This document shows, piece after piece, positions 1 through 13,373 of a stretch of DNA of 64,000 nt. Under the pieces are notes generated by a model. That model was given only the letters and a program-made list of their open reading frames with translations, was not told the DNA's origin and did no database searches. Origin of the DNA: Botryllus schlosseri (Eukaryota); contig CM119372.1 of NCBI GenBank assembly GCA_051294905.1, positions 1,924,001 to 1,988,000 of the forward strand, given 5' to 3'. Position 1 is the stretch's first letter. Each line of letters starts with the position of its first letter. Both the position numbers and the translations under genes were made by a program.

Positions 1-967
1 GTGAAGATAATTGCAAGTTAAGATACTTTACTGTTTACACTACGAGGAATCAAGGAAATTTGGTTCGTATGTGTGTCGGGCGCGCATGGTCCCTTTTACC
101 CCCGGATACGCCTGTGTTAAGTTGTGATCAGAAATTTGGGCGACGAACCATAGTAATAACGTCCAGAGCGGCGACTTGAGCGTAAGTGTTCGATTCATCT
201 TATAACGAATCATCATATGCGAACTCATATATTCTCCTTCAAGTATGTACATAATGAATTATGCCACGAATGTCATGAGATCCAGACCTGCACGATATTC
301 GATGTTGACAATCGTGATTCAACTTCCTCATTCATGACCAAACTAACCACCGCATTTAATTCGAAATTGGCGATCATATTTCCAAGGTTTTCTCCTTCAA
401 CTGTGACGCTGAACCGATATGCGATTCGACCAGTGTCATAAGGATATCGTGTCCATAATTTGCTTTGATGGACTTCATTTCATTGTGACGCGGATATAAA
501 TAGCAATGGTACGACAAAGACAATAACGATCTCCGGATCACCCTCAAGCGTATAATAGTCTGCATTAACACCCAATAACTGCTTCATTTCGGAATCTAAA
601 GCGAATATATGTACATAATGTGCATCGTACAACACACGCGAGTCCGAACCATGCAATTACCTTATAATCATTACGGATTACGCAAACAAGAATCCATCGC
701 TATATTCAGTACGACGGACCACGACTGTAGAAGAGTATTTCGCCAGCAATGCGACAGTCTTCGAGTATGTCCTAATTCAATTCAACATATCAGCAGATAT
801 TCTACTGAATGGATGCTAGTTTGTGCTCGAGGTTACTGGGCCACGATCTGACACCTATTTCGCGCCACTTTCAGTGTCAGTTTATGAAACTGCAATATAT
901 CAAAACATGCTATACCGCAAGGTCGCGACTCAATGAAAAGACATGATTGAGTAGAAACGACTTGTAG

Positions 968-3032
968 CAGTGGCGGCTCGTCCTATAGGGCAACAGGGGC
1001 ATTGCCCCACCTAAAATTCTGTTCAATAATAATTATTTACCATTTATAGACGCAGAGCTATCAATATATACCGAAATCACAGCGAAAATCGTATTCTTCT
1101 TGTCCTTTCGCTTGTAAATGCCCATATATAGCGAAATGTCTGCGAAAATCGAATTCTCTTCTGTGTTTTCGCTTTGCGAATGCCTAGCCGGGGCATGCCC
1201 CGGTAGCGCTCATAACAAGCTTTCACTGTCTATTCTCTCAAAGCCGCGCACAATAAAGAAACGGTGATTTACTCTCTCCTATTCATAAAATTACCGAGCA
1301 AGTGGGGCAACCTACCTGGTTGCCCTTAAGGTGTGATGTAACAATCGTATCTAAATCTGAACTCGGTTACCGTAATATGCGTTGAGTCGACCTTTGCTGG
1401 TATAGGTCGATTTTGACGATGTTTCGCTCCATGATAATTCTTGTAACTTGGTATGTTATGTCGTGAAGGTCGTATTTAACACTGCTCCAAGTTTCAGGGC
1501 TGCTACTTAAAGTGTACGGTAGTAATGTCGTTTCCAAACTTGACTGTGTGCTGGCTGATGCGTCATGTATCGCAAACAGATTTTACTCAAAAGCGGGTAT
1601 TGGTCTCCATTGATTTTGACGATGTTGCATACCGAGATCGGTCATGACATTTGGCATAGTTGGTCTTAGTGCTAGTATCGATCGCCGTACCAAGTTTAAA
1701 GTTTATCACTGAACTATGTGGGTGGTAATTTCGTCTCCTAAGTCGAGTGAGAGCTGACTCGTCATTTATCACTAACAGATTTTACGCAATACCGGTATTG
1801 GTCTCTATCGATTTTAACGATGCTCCATACCTATATCCGTCTTGAGCTTTTGGACGGTATATCTTGATTTCAGTATCGAACGCTGTGCCAAGTTCCGAGG
1901 TTGACACTCAGTGATTAGGGCAGTAATTTCATTATCGAGGTCGAATATGGTAGGCCTAACGCTGACTAACGCATTGCGGATTTCACGCAAAAGCCGGCGT
2001 TGGTCTGTGCTAATTTTAACTGTGTTTCATACTAAGATAGGTGATGAGATTATGATCTCATGAAACAGTTTACTAAGATTCTCGATTTGCATTCAAACTT
2101 TATTTTATATTCTCCAATGTCAATTTCACCGTGAAATTGTGGCCTTTAAGCCATTTGCTTACAACCCGATGTCAAGCGCGTTAGCTAATAGTTCGTTTTC
2201 GATGACGGCTAACAGCTGATCAATTGATCAGCCTATTCCTCAATATATTTTACGTAAAATTCAGTGTTTTTAGGCAAGACTCGGCCCTTATCAGCCTGGA
2301 AATTGTCCATTGATCTAATCGTACACGGGAGGAAAGCGCACTCTTACCTTTTCCCAACGTATTGCGATAAAAAATGAAAGGCTGACGTATAAGCGAGAAT
2401 AAGGACGCCTTGTTATACACTTTTACACTGCTGGTGCCAGGGGACAGTGTGTCTAGTTCGACCGAAATTGGGTATCGTGATCTGAAGCATGTGGTCTACT
2501 GCAAACTGTGTCTCGATATTACCCGGTAGTCGACATTGCTCGGCTCGAGTTGACTTGTTCATATTCCAATACATCTTTTCCCGAAGTAGTAACCGCTAGT
2601 GAACTTTTAAAATTCCTATAGTTGAAAAATCGCTTTCTATCAACTTTGCTGCAGTGATTAGGCTCGATGCGTTAGATGTGCTCCCGATTCTCAACGCTCT
2701 CATTCTGGGTATTCCATATTTCAATGAACTCGTCATTGAACGATGTACATTTTGCAACTATGAAATCACGCCGTGCGCAATAGGCCTACTGATACAAACG
2801 TTAAAATATGCAGGTATGAACAACTGTACTTGATAATTTCTTTCGAATAATTTGAAATACGTAAGTCTTGTTTACCACGCTTAATGTATATACCCCATAC
2901 AAACTGTGTGTGACCACCACGAAGTCACATTTTCACGTCGGATTACACTATTGTGACGTCATCTAGACAATTAAAATCGCGTACACCTACACCCCTTGCC
3001 CCACCACCCGATATTAGCACGAGCCGCCACTG
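968..3032 (+). mobile_element. hAT-type non-autonomous element, copy 1
   Basis: TIR CAGTGGCGGCTCGT, 8-bp TSD ACTTGTAG at 960-967 and 3033-3040; internal degenerate ~150-180 bp repeats. Confidence 0.9.
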
Positions 3033-4707
3033 ACTTGTAGTATTCTTTTATCCAAGCCTTCTAGCCTTGACTTATAGAACAGTATGGTTCTTTACCTTTA
3101 GTAACCCAGGGCACGTTAATCTACAAGCCTACAGGAACACCAAATTTTCGAGTTATACAAACAAAAAATCTACCACAATACACATCTAACTAAAAGTCTA
3201 ATTCTAATACATTACCATAGTTTACTGATGCATAAAATGTCCTTCTGTACACCGACAAAACAATTGAAATATGATTTTCACACAAAACGATGACATGATT
3301 ATGAATATTTATTGCAAATTAGTGTGAATTTCGCTGTTCATAAATGCGATACTTCAACTTGCAAAGTTTAATCGTAATTTTCGGTCGAGACGCAAAAGTT
3401 TGAATTGGAGATATAATTGGCATTTCAGAAGGAAGGGGTATCGAATTTGAACCCTAAACTCCTCTGCGTACCTCACCGCACACGGCATATCACCGTAACA
3501 GTCACGATCGACTTCTGATCGGACATAATTGCCTGTAAGCAATGATGGTCAAGACGTGCGTGTCATCACGAAGGGTCCAGACATTGAAATTCCAGTGTAG
3601 ACTCCAAAGTTATTGCGTTATTTAAAGAATAGATTGATTTGATGACGAAATCGTAAAATGCTTACACAATTTCCAAATTTGGTGAATCTACTGACGATAA
3701 TAGCATCAAAGGCGCCTTTTTGAATGTAATATAGATGCGGGCGAATATCGTATCACCGCGTCCCTTGAAGCAATATGAAATATCACTCCAGAAGCCGTGA
3801 TTGATGTCGTGATTGATGTCGTGAAGACGCTTATAAAACGAAGCTCTCAGTTAAGATTCGTCGTCGCAAGGCACAGCAGCTGAAAACTGACGCTGAACAA
3901 GCCAGTTGATCGAAATCAGGATTACTGAACTTGGTCGCAGGATGAATGGTTTCGGTCTGAGTGCATTTTCTGTGAACATTACGAAAATATGTAAAATATA
4001 TAAGCATTCAAAAGTATGGTGGCGTCCGCACGCTCCCAGAAAAGGCAGTGCTTCTCGGCGTAGAGATTTTAGTAAACTATTACTTATCGATATTTGAAAT
4101 ATGAAATATTCAAGTCGAAGTGTTTAAACTTTAATAACATTGGGGCATGAGAAGTAGAGCAGCCTTGTAAACGGTTCCACAGTGTATGCGGCAGGTGTCA
4201 GTTGATAGACGACAGTGTTAAGCGTCCAACCTAAGAGGGGCATCGCAGAGGGAAAAGTATATTATCTCGTAAAAGCAAGAATAAATTGGATTTGACATTA
4301 CGATATATATTTGATAGCTGAAAAGTGTTTCGTTACTTTTAACGTATATTTTCCTCTTTCAAATTCCAAAATGCAATAAGGATTTGGGGATTATTGGCAA
4401 TGTTTTTGGGGCGATGGCAAGTTTTGCCTCGACTCGTGATATCATTGCTACGTCTGAAGGAGTACTTCAATAAAAAGTACCAAAGTTTATTGATTTAATA
4501 AGATCTGTGACAAATAGTTATTTTTTGGAATGACTTGATGTGTAGAAGTTGGGTCTGATATACAAAATAAATATGAGCGAGAAATTCGTAGACGATACCA
4601 AGAAAAACTCACAGGTCTATAGTTTTGTGAAATATGATAACATATCGGCTAGCATTCTTTTCTAATTGCGATCCATGGTTCTTTTTAGCGTTATTAGTAA
4701 ATTGAGA

Positions 4708-7700
4708 ATGCGTGCGCCATCCATACTTTTCTTCCTATCACTGGGTAAGTATGTGATTTTGTCATTTACGATCCAAGTCCCAGAAACGTTTGTCTAGGGT
4801 TACCATATTTTGGAATCGGAAAGGAGGACACTTTTCAAAATTTTCAAACTTAGAATACCGGAAGAAATTCCTGAAAAATGGTAAATGGTAACCCTACGTC
4901 TGTCGGTGTCAAGATTCAAAATATCGACCTTCAGTGACGGGACCTTTTTTTCCTCGGCTGACTCTCTGTGGAACAATTTTACAGCTTTTATCGAATTGTC
5001 TTACACACCTAGATGTTTCAGGCGTAAATTCGAAACTGCATTCCAACTGCAGTAGTGTACAACTGTATGCACTCCGTCCTTTCATATCTATATATTTTTT
5101 TAATATATTTTATTGGCCTTGTGTAGGCTACAGCGCCCTAGTGTAAGGATGATATAAAGCATTGCTATATTCGGCGCTCTATAAATTATTATTGCATTGC
5201 AACCGCTAGAGACTAATGATAGTATGTTGATAAAATACAACAAATTCGCCCATTTGAGCTACCGCGAATCAGTGTTTCGGATAAGAAAGAGTCTCCCAAC
5301 CGAAATGCATAATGGGGAGACTTTGTTATCAGTAAGCTGTAGCCACCGTCTATTTAGATTTCTTATTTATCACTTCCTTCATGTCGCCATTACACTCGAT
5401 TACGTTCAGATGTTTGGACATCGTACTCCGCGAAAGCGCCGTGTCAGTCCACGATATCCACCCGCGGATACGGCGAGATTCGATCTCCCGATTACCCAGC
5501 AGTGAAGTCGGCTTATACCTGCTGGAATTACTTCTATTACCCGCAACCAAAGGGTGCTGTGGTCTTCAACATCACCGATATCTCACTATATTATAGTCGG
5601 GACCGGAAAAAAATTTGCTCCGCATCGTTAGAGATTGGGACGTGTAAGTAACCGTGCGGTATATATTTGCAGAAAGAATTAGCACCAATAAATTGCAAAA
5701 AGAGGATTAGAAGAGCTTCTTTGGGGTACAGAACTTCAATATACAAACGAATAATATTCGTATTGAAATAAACCCGGATATTATCGGCGAGTGTCAGTGT
5801 CAGGTTCGGGTTCAATATGAATTCTTCAATTGTACACTGAAGTTGTGTACCTCCAAGAAGCTCTTCAAAGACTTCCACAGGCATACACTGAAAGTCAGCT
5901 CTGTATCCTAAATCAACTGATAACGACCAGCGGAAGATTAAGGAAGATCTGGGTTGTGCCGGTGACGTCATATTGGTTGATACGATTGTTGATATCCAAT
6001 TTTCTTTTTAATTTTCTACTAGGTGCCGAAGATTATCCCTTACGAGTGTCAGTCAAAATATTCGGGTTTATTTCAATATGAATATATTATTCAGAAAAGT
6101 ATTAGATAACTACAATTTTAGTCAGTCTTATTTTATGAATGTCATATATTGGCCAGAAGTGCTAAGTTCCGAGATATACTTCTGCTTTTTCGGCAGATAC
6201 TCAGGTGGTTATGTTTTTTAGGCTATTTCCACTTCATTACTGAACAGTTTGCTTGCAAGCCTACTTGCTTTTATCAATTTGGATGATGGAAGTAGAAAGT
6301 AGTTTTGGGATAAGTTTGCGTCACATTTATGAGAGAAATCGTCATAAAAGCCGCGTGAAATAGCCCCTTTATCACGGTAACTGATATATTTTCGACGACT
6401 ATATCTATCCTTGTATCGTTAGTCATTTAACGGTAGCAATTCCGAAAGTGGCCACCTCCGATTATTTGCTAACCTCGGGCGACCTCGTGACCAAATCTAC
6501 TATTTTAAACTATAGTCGCCCAGTACATTTCAGGGCATTCATTTTCTGTACTGTCACTCGAAGTAGGTTTATGTGTCTTGTGAACGGCTAGTTCTACTTC
6601 TACTAGAGTAGCAACGCAGGCTACCATGACCGCCTCAGAGCTTCGCGCACTATGACCTCTCTACGCGACTATATAATTTCAAAAATCGCATGCTTTAGCG
6701 CAGGGGCGGGCAACTTCTCCAGTCGGCGGGCCGGATATAGGAAAATTAAATACTTTGCGGGACGGATTGCTGAATCGGTACATTATTCGCCCATTTATCT
6801 ACATATACAAGGAATAAATCGTATTTAAAGAATTTATTTTAACGACAGCAATGTCACTTCAAAGCCATTTCTCACCGATAATGACGAGGATATAATGTGG
6901 ATTTGAGAACAGCATTGTCATACAGGCGCCGCCATGTCTGCTTCTCCATGATAATAGTGTCCTATATGGTGTGAACACAAGAAAATCTCGCGGCTCAGTG
7001 AAATTGGTGTACGTCACACTTTCCATTTGATCAAAGGCAATTTGGCGGTAGTTCTTGACCAACTTTCCGAGCAATAAATTTGATAAAAAGGGTATCAATC
7101 GAAAGCTATCGCGGTGCTGGTTGCGAAAATATGGGTTGTATTCTGCTCGTGGACCTGGAACCCCCCAGAATCAACCTCGAATGTTGCATTGTAACGGAGT
7201 TTGGTATTGTGACGCAGCCATGCCATGCCGTCTGAGCTGCTCAGGAGCAAGCGCGCACAAGAGTAAGAGCGTGAATGCTCAATGCTTAATCAAGGGCCAA
7301 TACGCTTGCGATTTACTCTGCTCCTCACTTGCTCCCAGACGGCATCGTTGCGTCACAATACCAAACTCCGTTACCATGCAACATCCGAAGCTGATTTTGG
7401 GGAGTTCCAGGACCACGAGCAGAATAGAATTTATATTTTCGCAATCAGTACAGCGGTAGCTTTCGATTGATACCCGTTTTATCAAATTTAATGCTCGGCA
7501 AGCCGGTCAACAATTACCGTCAAATTGCCTTTGACCAAAGGGAAAGTGTGACGTAGACCAATTTCACTAAGCCGTGAGATTTGCTTGTGTACACACCATA
7601 TAGGACACTATGCTCCGATCAATGAACACACGGTGCAATCCCTAATTAATATTTCAAGGCATTCGATAAAGCCCGGTGCCCCAAATTTACCAAGATATCA

Positions 7701-10700
7701 ATTCATTAGGGCTGAGTAGGTGATGAGATAGCGTCGTTGTTCATCTGTGTGGCCTATTTTATCTCGACATTGAATTCATGCGGACCGCGGAATCTACGAA
7801 ATTTGAAAAGTGACCCGCGACTCGTTTTGAGTTGGCGACCCCTGGCATAAGCGGTGTCTTACAAAAACCTAGAAGTGTGCCGCGGTACAATTGTAGTCTA
7901 CAAACGCCATGATTACTGCAAACGATATTAGGGTTGAGTGCATCGTAAATGCCGATAATGCAAGTCTTCTCGCTTCGACGAACTTACGCGCAAGCTCCAC
8001 TCGCACGCTGCGCAAGTGCGCATATACATGTACAAAATAACATACAGTCACTAAAATTTGACGTAGTAAGCAAGTAGCGGGAAATCTCGGCAGACTGTGG
8101 CCGCGGGCCACATTATCATATACGACTGAAAACTGTCCGCGAGCCGGACAAAATTCCTTCGCGGGCCGGATCCGGCCCGCGGGCCGTATGTTGCCCGCCC
8201 CTACTTTAGTATAAATAGGAATTTGAGAGACATGTCGAATAGGGATGGTGCAAAACCCTGAACGGTTCTGGTTCTTGGTTAGTCACGTTCCATAGTTCCA
8301 CAGTGCGAAATAGTATCGAAGCAATAATTTTCGTTCATAAGTTAACTTGTAGTGGCGAGGAGCATATCATTTCAGTACTCGAGAAAGTCATATATTACTA
8401 CTTGGCTCTAAGCATCAGAATTAATACTAGATTCAGATTAGAGTGCTCGAATCATTGTGCCCAGCCCTATAATTGTGCTACGTTGGAATTACTATTGGAA
8501 CTTGGAACTCAAATTGGTTTCAGATAAAGCCCCGTGCGTGGACGCATCACCGTTCTGTCTCGTTTACTTCAACGACATGAAATGCATCCAGCCGCTCGTG
8601 ACAGAGTACAGAACCTGCCTTTGGTTCGAAACGGAGAGACGGAGCATTGATGTCAAAATATCGTCGGACGGTGGTGTTGGAAAAGACAAGACAGACAACG
8701 GAACGATGTCGAGTTGGAGCTACCCGAAAGGAGTTAAAATGAGCTACGAGTTCATTGATTGCCCGCAAGGTAGGCCTATGTGTTGTATGTTTCCCTAGCT
8801 TAATCAATTTCGTTCAAGGTGGTGGTACCCACCCGTTCTAGCGACTTTCATCTTTTTTTTCCGGATGCCGGGATTGACTGCTTAAATTCTTAGGCTGCCT
8901 GTAAAAACGCTGCACACCAAATTTATCTGGATTCCAGTTGGTAGATATGAACGCACAGGAGGTTACAACTTTTGAATTTATGAAAAAAAACATATAAACA
9001 TTTTTTCAAATCTTACTGTCAACCCCACGGAATTGATGAGTGGTCTACAAAAACGATGCAGAACAAGTTTGACGCAAGCTATGTTCCCTCTAAGCTGCGC
9101 ACGTGCGCAAATGCGCAGTGCTGACACGGTCTCTGCGCACAGAAAATCTAAGTTGCGCACAAAAAATCCGAATTGATGACCTTATTTTTAGTGGTTACGC
9201 AGTGTTGTCCAAGAGTCTGCGCAGTGAGTTGGCGAGTGTTCGCAGACTCGTCAAAAATGAGAGGGAAGATTGGACGCAAGTCTAACTCGTAGAAGCGAAG
9301 TTATTCAGCGATTATCCACCATTCACGCCATTTTTGCGAATCCAAATTTTCAACTGCAATCACTTCGCTTCTACCGGCTGAGAGAGAGCAAAAATTCTCG
9401 TTAAACATCGTTCTTTTAGACAACTCACCAATTTCACGGGGTTGAAAATTTGAAAATGACCCGTTCCAGTCCAATATTATCAGATCTGTGATTTATAAAC
9501 AGTGTCCCGTTTTCCGGATCTTAAAATATGGTAACCCTATCCTATATTCAGACCCAACAGCAACAAAGACCCCAGCGCGAACTCACAGATCATCTGTATC
9601 TCCGGGACCAGTCCTGGAACGGACAACTACATCACCCTGGCAAATCGCCACTATTAGCACTTCACAAACCGTAACCGGCTCGACCGCCGGTACTGCAAGC
9701 AACAGTTCTTCAACTCAACAAGTGACGTCACCAAAACTACCCGGCAAGCAGCGAAGTGGCAGAATTCTCACTGTGCCGGAAATAATCGTGATAGCGGTCT
9801 CGTCGTTCGTCGTGTTCATGGTGATCATTATCATAATCACGCTGATCATAATCAAAATGAAGTGAGTGCGTTCTCCAATCAATCTTCGTCGGAATTCTCC
9901 GTATAATTCGAAGAGCCTTTCGTACACCAAGAATTGCTCATGCGTGCGGTTAAAGGGACACTGCGCTCTAAATATGATACGGTCTCAGCCATTTTCTTCA
10001 GAAAACCGCCGTACTTGAACTGAAGATAGTTAAAAAATGCACCATAGCATTCTAGCGGCAGCTGTAGCCATGATTCGGACTCGACCCTCTGCTCGATGAC
10101 TTGGACTCGGACTTGACTCGGTGGTGAATTGAAAATGACTCGACTTGACTCAAGTCAAAACTATAACAGTTAGATTGACTTGTGACTCGGAACCTTGTGA
10201 CTTGGTTACAACCCTGGACCTACGTCTTAGTCCCATTTGTTTGAGTAATTACGTGGGAAATATGTCATGAGTCATCCACCACGATTCCACCTAATACAAC
10301 AGCACATAATCTCAATGCAATGAATTAAAATAAATGATGATTAGAAGTCTATGTTCAAGTTCTGCACGTCTAATCGGTTGCTGTAAAACCCAGTGGTGGC
10401 GAAAGTCAGCATTACTATTGAAACATAATAGAAGTATTAGGCCGTCTGGGAACTATAACATGCGACATTTAGATTGGGAATATTCAAGCATGACAATGCC
10501 TTCAAATCTGTTCGAGTAAAGGCTCCGAAGTTTTGGGAATGTGCCTTAAGCTAGATGCTATATTTTCTTTTATTATCTGCTGAATATATCGGCTCAAAAA
10601 TCTGATGTACAGGTCAGGCTCTAGTTGTTATCATTGTCGCAACGAATATAGCAACTATACCGCATTCTCTGTTGTCGTATACCTCGTTAATTTATGTTGT

Positions 10701-10870
10701 ATCGAATAAACATCAAATGCACGATACCGCTTGTATGACAATCGATGGATAGGTCAATTTTCCATTACAGCAAGAAAAAGAAGTCTTGGAATATGCGACC
10801 GCCTAACGTAATCGGCCGAGAGTACAGAACCGGGGAGATCCCCCCTTCCGCCAGAACGAGCGCGACGTGA
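4708..10870 (+). CDS. Single-pass type-I membrane protein with divergent CUB-like domain (paralog 1), 5 coding exons, ~308 aa
   Basis: Hand-spliced exons 4708-4744, 5410-5643, 8524-8769, 9552-9861, 10771-10870; all GT-AG and phase-consistent, 927 nt. Signal peptide MRAPSILFFLSL (in-frame upstream ATG at 4675 possible). CUB-like: CQSTISTRGYGEIRSPDYP..YTCWNY..VVFNITDISLYY..KICSASLEIG..KGVKMSYEFIDC. Then S/T-rich stalk, TM IIVIAVSSFVVFMVIIIIITLIII, KKKK stop-transfer and a short tail. Confidence 0.85.
4795..4896. mobile_element. Short MITE (TAGGGTTACCAT family)
   Basis: TIR TAGGGTTACCAT/ATGGTAACCCTA; TSD CGTTTGTC/CGTCTGTC. Relatives near 9530, 26511-26834, 27229-27631 and 52984. Confidence 0.75.
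6701..8203. mobile_element. hAT-Charlie-like MITE with nested insertions
   Basis: TIR CAGGGGCGGGCAAC / GTTGCCCGCCCCTA, GCGGGCCG subterminal motifs, imperfect TSD CTTTAGCG/CTTTAGTA. Confidence 0.65.
6953..7612. mobile_element. Foldback MITE with ~160-bp TIRs and P-like (C)ATAG...CTATG ends
   Basis: 6953-7113 is the reverse complement of ~7453-7612; TSD is degenerate. Confidence 0.8.
9079..9272. mobile_element. hAT-type MITE
   Basis: Imperfect TIR CTATGTTCCCTCT/AGAGGGAAGATTG, perfect 8-bp TSD GACGCAAG; partial copy at ~43440-43516. Confidence 0.8.
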
Positions 10871-13373
10871 GAATCTTCCAAGTTCTGCTTGTCGCGAACA
10901 AGCGCGAAGCTAAATGTCCAATTGAAAAATAGTATCTGCGTGCTTTGAAAATGCGGATTGTTGTAACTCATCTTCTTCGACACGCGCGTGACATATCGAG
11001 CTTTTAGGATATTGGAACATAGAACGTGACTGATATTTATACACAGAATCGATTCTGCGTTTTCCTGTTTCATGAATGACACCATGAGTTCACTGTAGTA
11101 TCGACCGTGAATATACAAGATTACGACTGTATAGAACAGTGGTCGGGAACCTATGGCTCTTTTGAGTATAAGATATGGCTCTTTGATATATTTTCAATTT
11201 TGTGCTAAATCTTATCGATATTGCAGCAACGTGTTAGTACATTTTCTTAACGACCAGAATGATTATTCTCGTTACAGAGTAAACATGTATTTGAGAGGTC
11301 AAGACAGTGGCGTATTCAGGGTTACGGGCTCGGACCCATTTACAAAATCCTCAACTTTAAGTTGCTGTGGCGCGAGCGACCAATGTCCCACGCGAATTCG
11401 ACGTACCCGGCATCGCGTGCTGCGTAATCTTGGATTGCACCATGCGAGAATATAAGATATAGGGACGGCTGGGACGCATATATGACAATCTAGATTTAAA
11501 ATACACATTGTCTTCCTGATCTACGCCGAGAAATGAACTGTCTTGGAAGTGACATTCTAATTTCAAATCCAAATTACAAACAACGCTTCGCTATCCACGT
11601 CCAAATTGATAAGAAGCTTTCTGTAGTACTGACGTTAAAATGTAGGCGTGTTGTGCAACATTTATGTTACCGTCGATTTGAGGAGTCGACCAATATTTAG
11701 AATCAGTATATTCGGAATCAGTTCTATGGTTATTTAGAGTAATATATCATGTATTTTAAATTCTTAGCTATTTACGATGACTTGCGCTATCACAGGATGA
11801 TTAGTAGCTTACGAGTTTTACATGGGACCCATCGGTCGCGTTGCTGCTAGGACTGTGAAAACTTTAGTATCGTGGTGATCCGATTTCGAATCGAGAATAA
11901 GGCTACGCGTACCATTCACTCTGACGTTATAACTGCATGAAAGACTTGGAAAGCTAAAATATAAAGTTTTTGTGCGACTACAAATACAATGATGCCGGTT
12001 ACATCATGATCTTTTGGCGTTTGCGACCATATGTATTTCATAGCGCTTCTATGGTCCGGCACAAACACAATTTCACGGAAATGCCGTTTCCGACAACGGG
12101 ACCAGAGCAACATTTCGCTGCAGGTTTAGAATACTGAAATTGATCCCTTGCTTCCATGAAGAGAAGAATGTATTCCGAAGCTATAATTCTCGTCCATAAA
12201 ATATCCCCAGTTGTTACCTGAGCTTACTTTTCGTATTAAAATAAAAGATGTTAGCTTGCAACAGCAATAAATCTGTAGGAGTTGAATTCCCGCATCCGCG
12301 TAGCTAGTTACATAATATCCCAATAACCTATTGTAATGACCTTCGAATATGTAGCATACCGGCTAGCTGAGGATGTCTGAGGAAGACTTTAAACATGCAT
12401 AACGAGCAAAAGCAACCTGGAAGCGAAAGTAGTCTTCAGAATGAGTAGCGATTATGTCATCTCATAGCCCCGTTTTATCGAGACAGTTTCGATGACTTTG
12501 CCGTCCAAGTACAAAATCTACGCTTGTATACAGGCGCCTGTACCCGGCATAATAAAAATATAATCCATTACAGGAGCAAATATGACTGATTGCGCAAAGT
12601 TGAATACATTATTTCTCATCTTTTCCGAGGTGAAACTGCATGGTCAACGCACTATTTCGCCAAATGCGCAACCAATTGCAGCCTCGCGATTTGATGAATC
12701 ACCGAAATCGAGGGTCGCGTGTCGTGAGTGATACCTTAGGAGTTTGTTACGGCACGATTTTCCGCTTAATCACCGATGAGCTATATCGGAAGACGTACTC
12801 ATCTCACGCTCCGTCACAGAGACTAAATTTAGTTGGTCATTTTCCCTATGACAGTATGCGCAATGCAGTCGGAAGTCAGAGGGTCAGATATATCACTCGC
12901 TGATTGATCCGCTCCCCAGCATAGGCAGACTTGGACAACTAGATAATTTTAGTTTACACAACTACATGACTTCAGTTGATTAACTCCTCTAATTACAGCA
13001 AAATTTAATTTGTGAAATGTTTCTAAGCTTTAATTTTAATTTCAATCGAACGTCTGGTATTCCTGAAAATGCTACGCAGAAGAACTGTATCGCTTGGATT
13101 AAAATGTTGTGTTTGATTTATATACCGTGAGGTAGGTTCGGGATTCATGTACCGCGGGTGGTCAATGGTCATTCACACTTGTATATCACTCGTAGGGCAC
13201 GGATGTGAATACACGCTTTTTTCGCTAAGAGTGTAGGCTACCCACTACACAAGTATAATGGGCGGATCAGTCCTGAACTTACCGTAACAATAACATCAAT
13301 GATATCCCTATCATGATATGAATTGAAATGCGGTTAGAAACAAACAAAAAGCATCGTCGACCTTGATTTGTAG

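Noticed and set aside
1..860. Possible exons of a third CUB paralog (e.g. HEIQTCTIFDVD)
   Set aside because: Only vague similarity; no consistent splice sites or frame.
1587..2050. ORFs similar to those at 58045-58359, suggesting a conserved gene
   Set aside because: Explained by internal repeats of two copies of one non-autonomous element; no protein motif recognised.
13017..13130. Candidate signal-peptide exon for CUB gene 2
   Set aside because: Its GT donor is phase 2 while the next exon needs phase 1; left unresolved.
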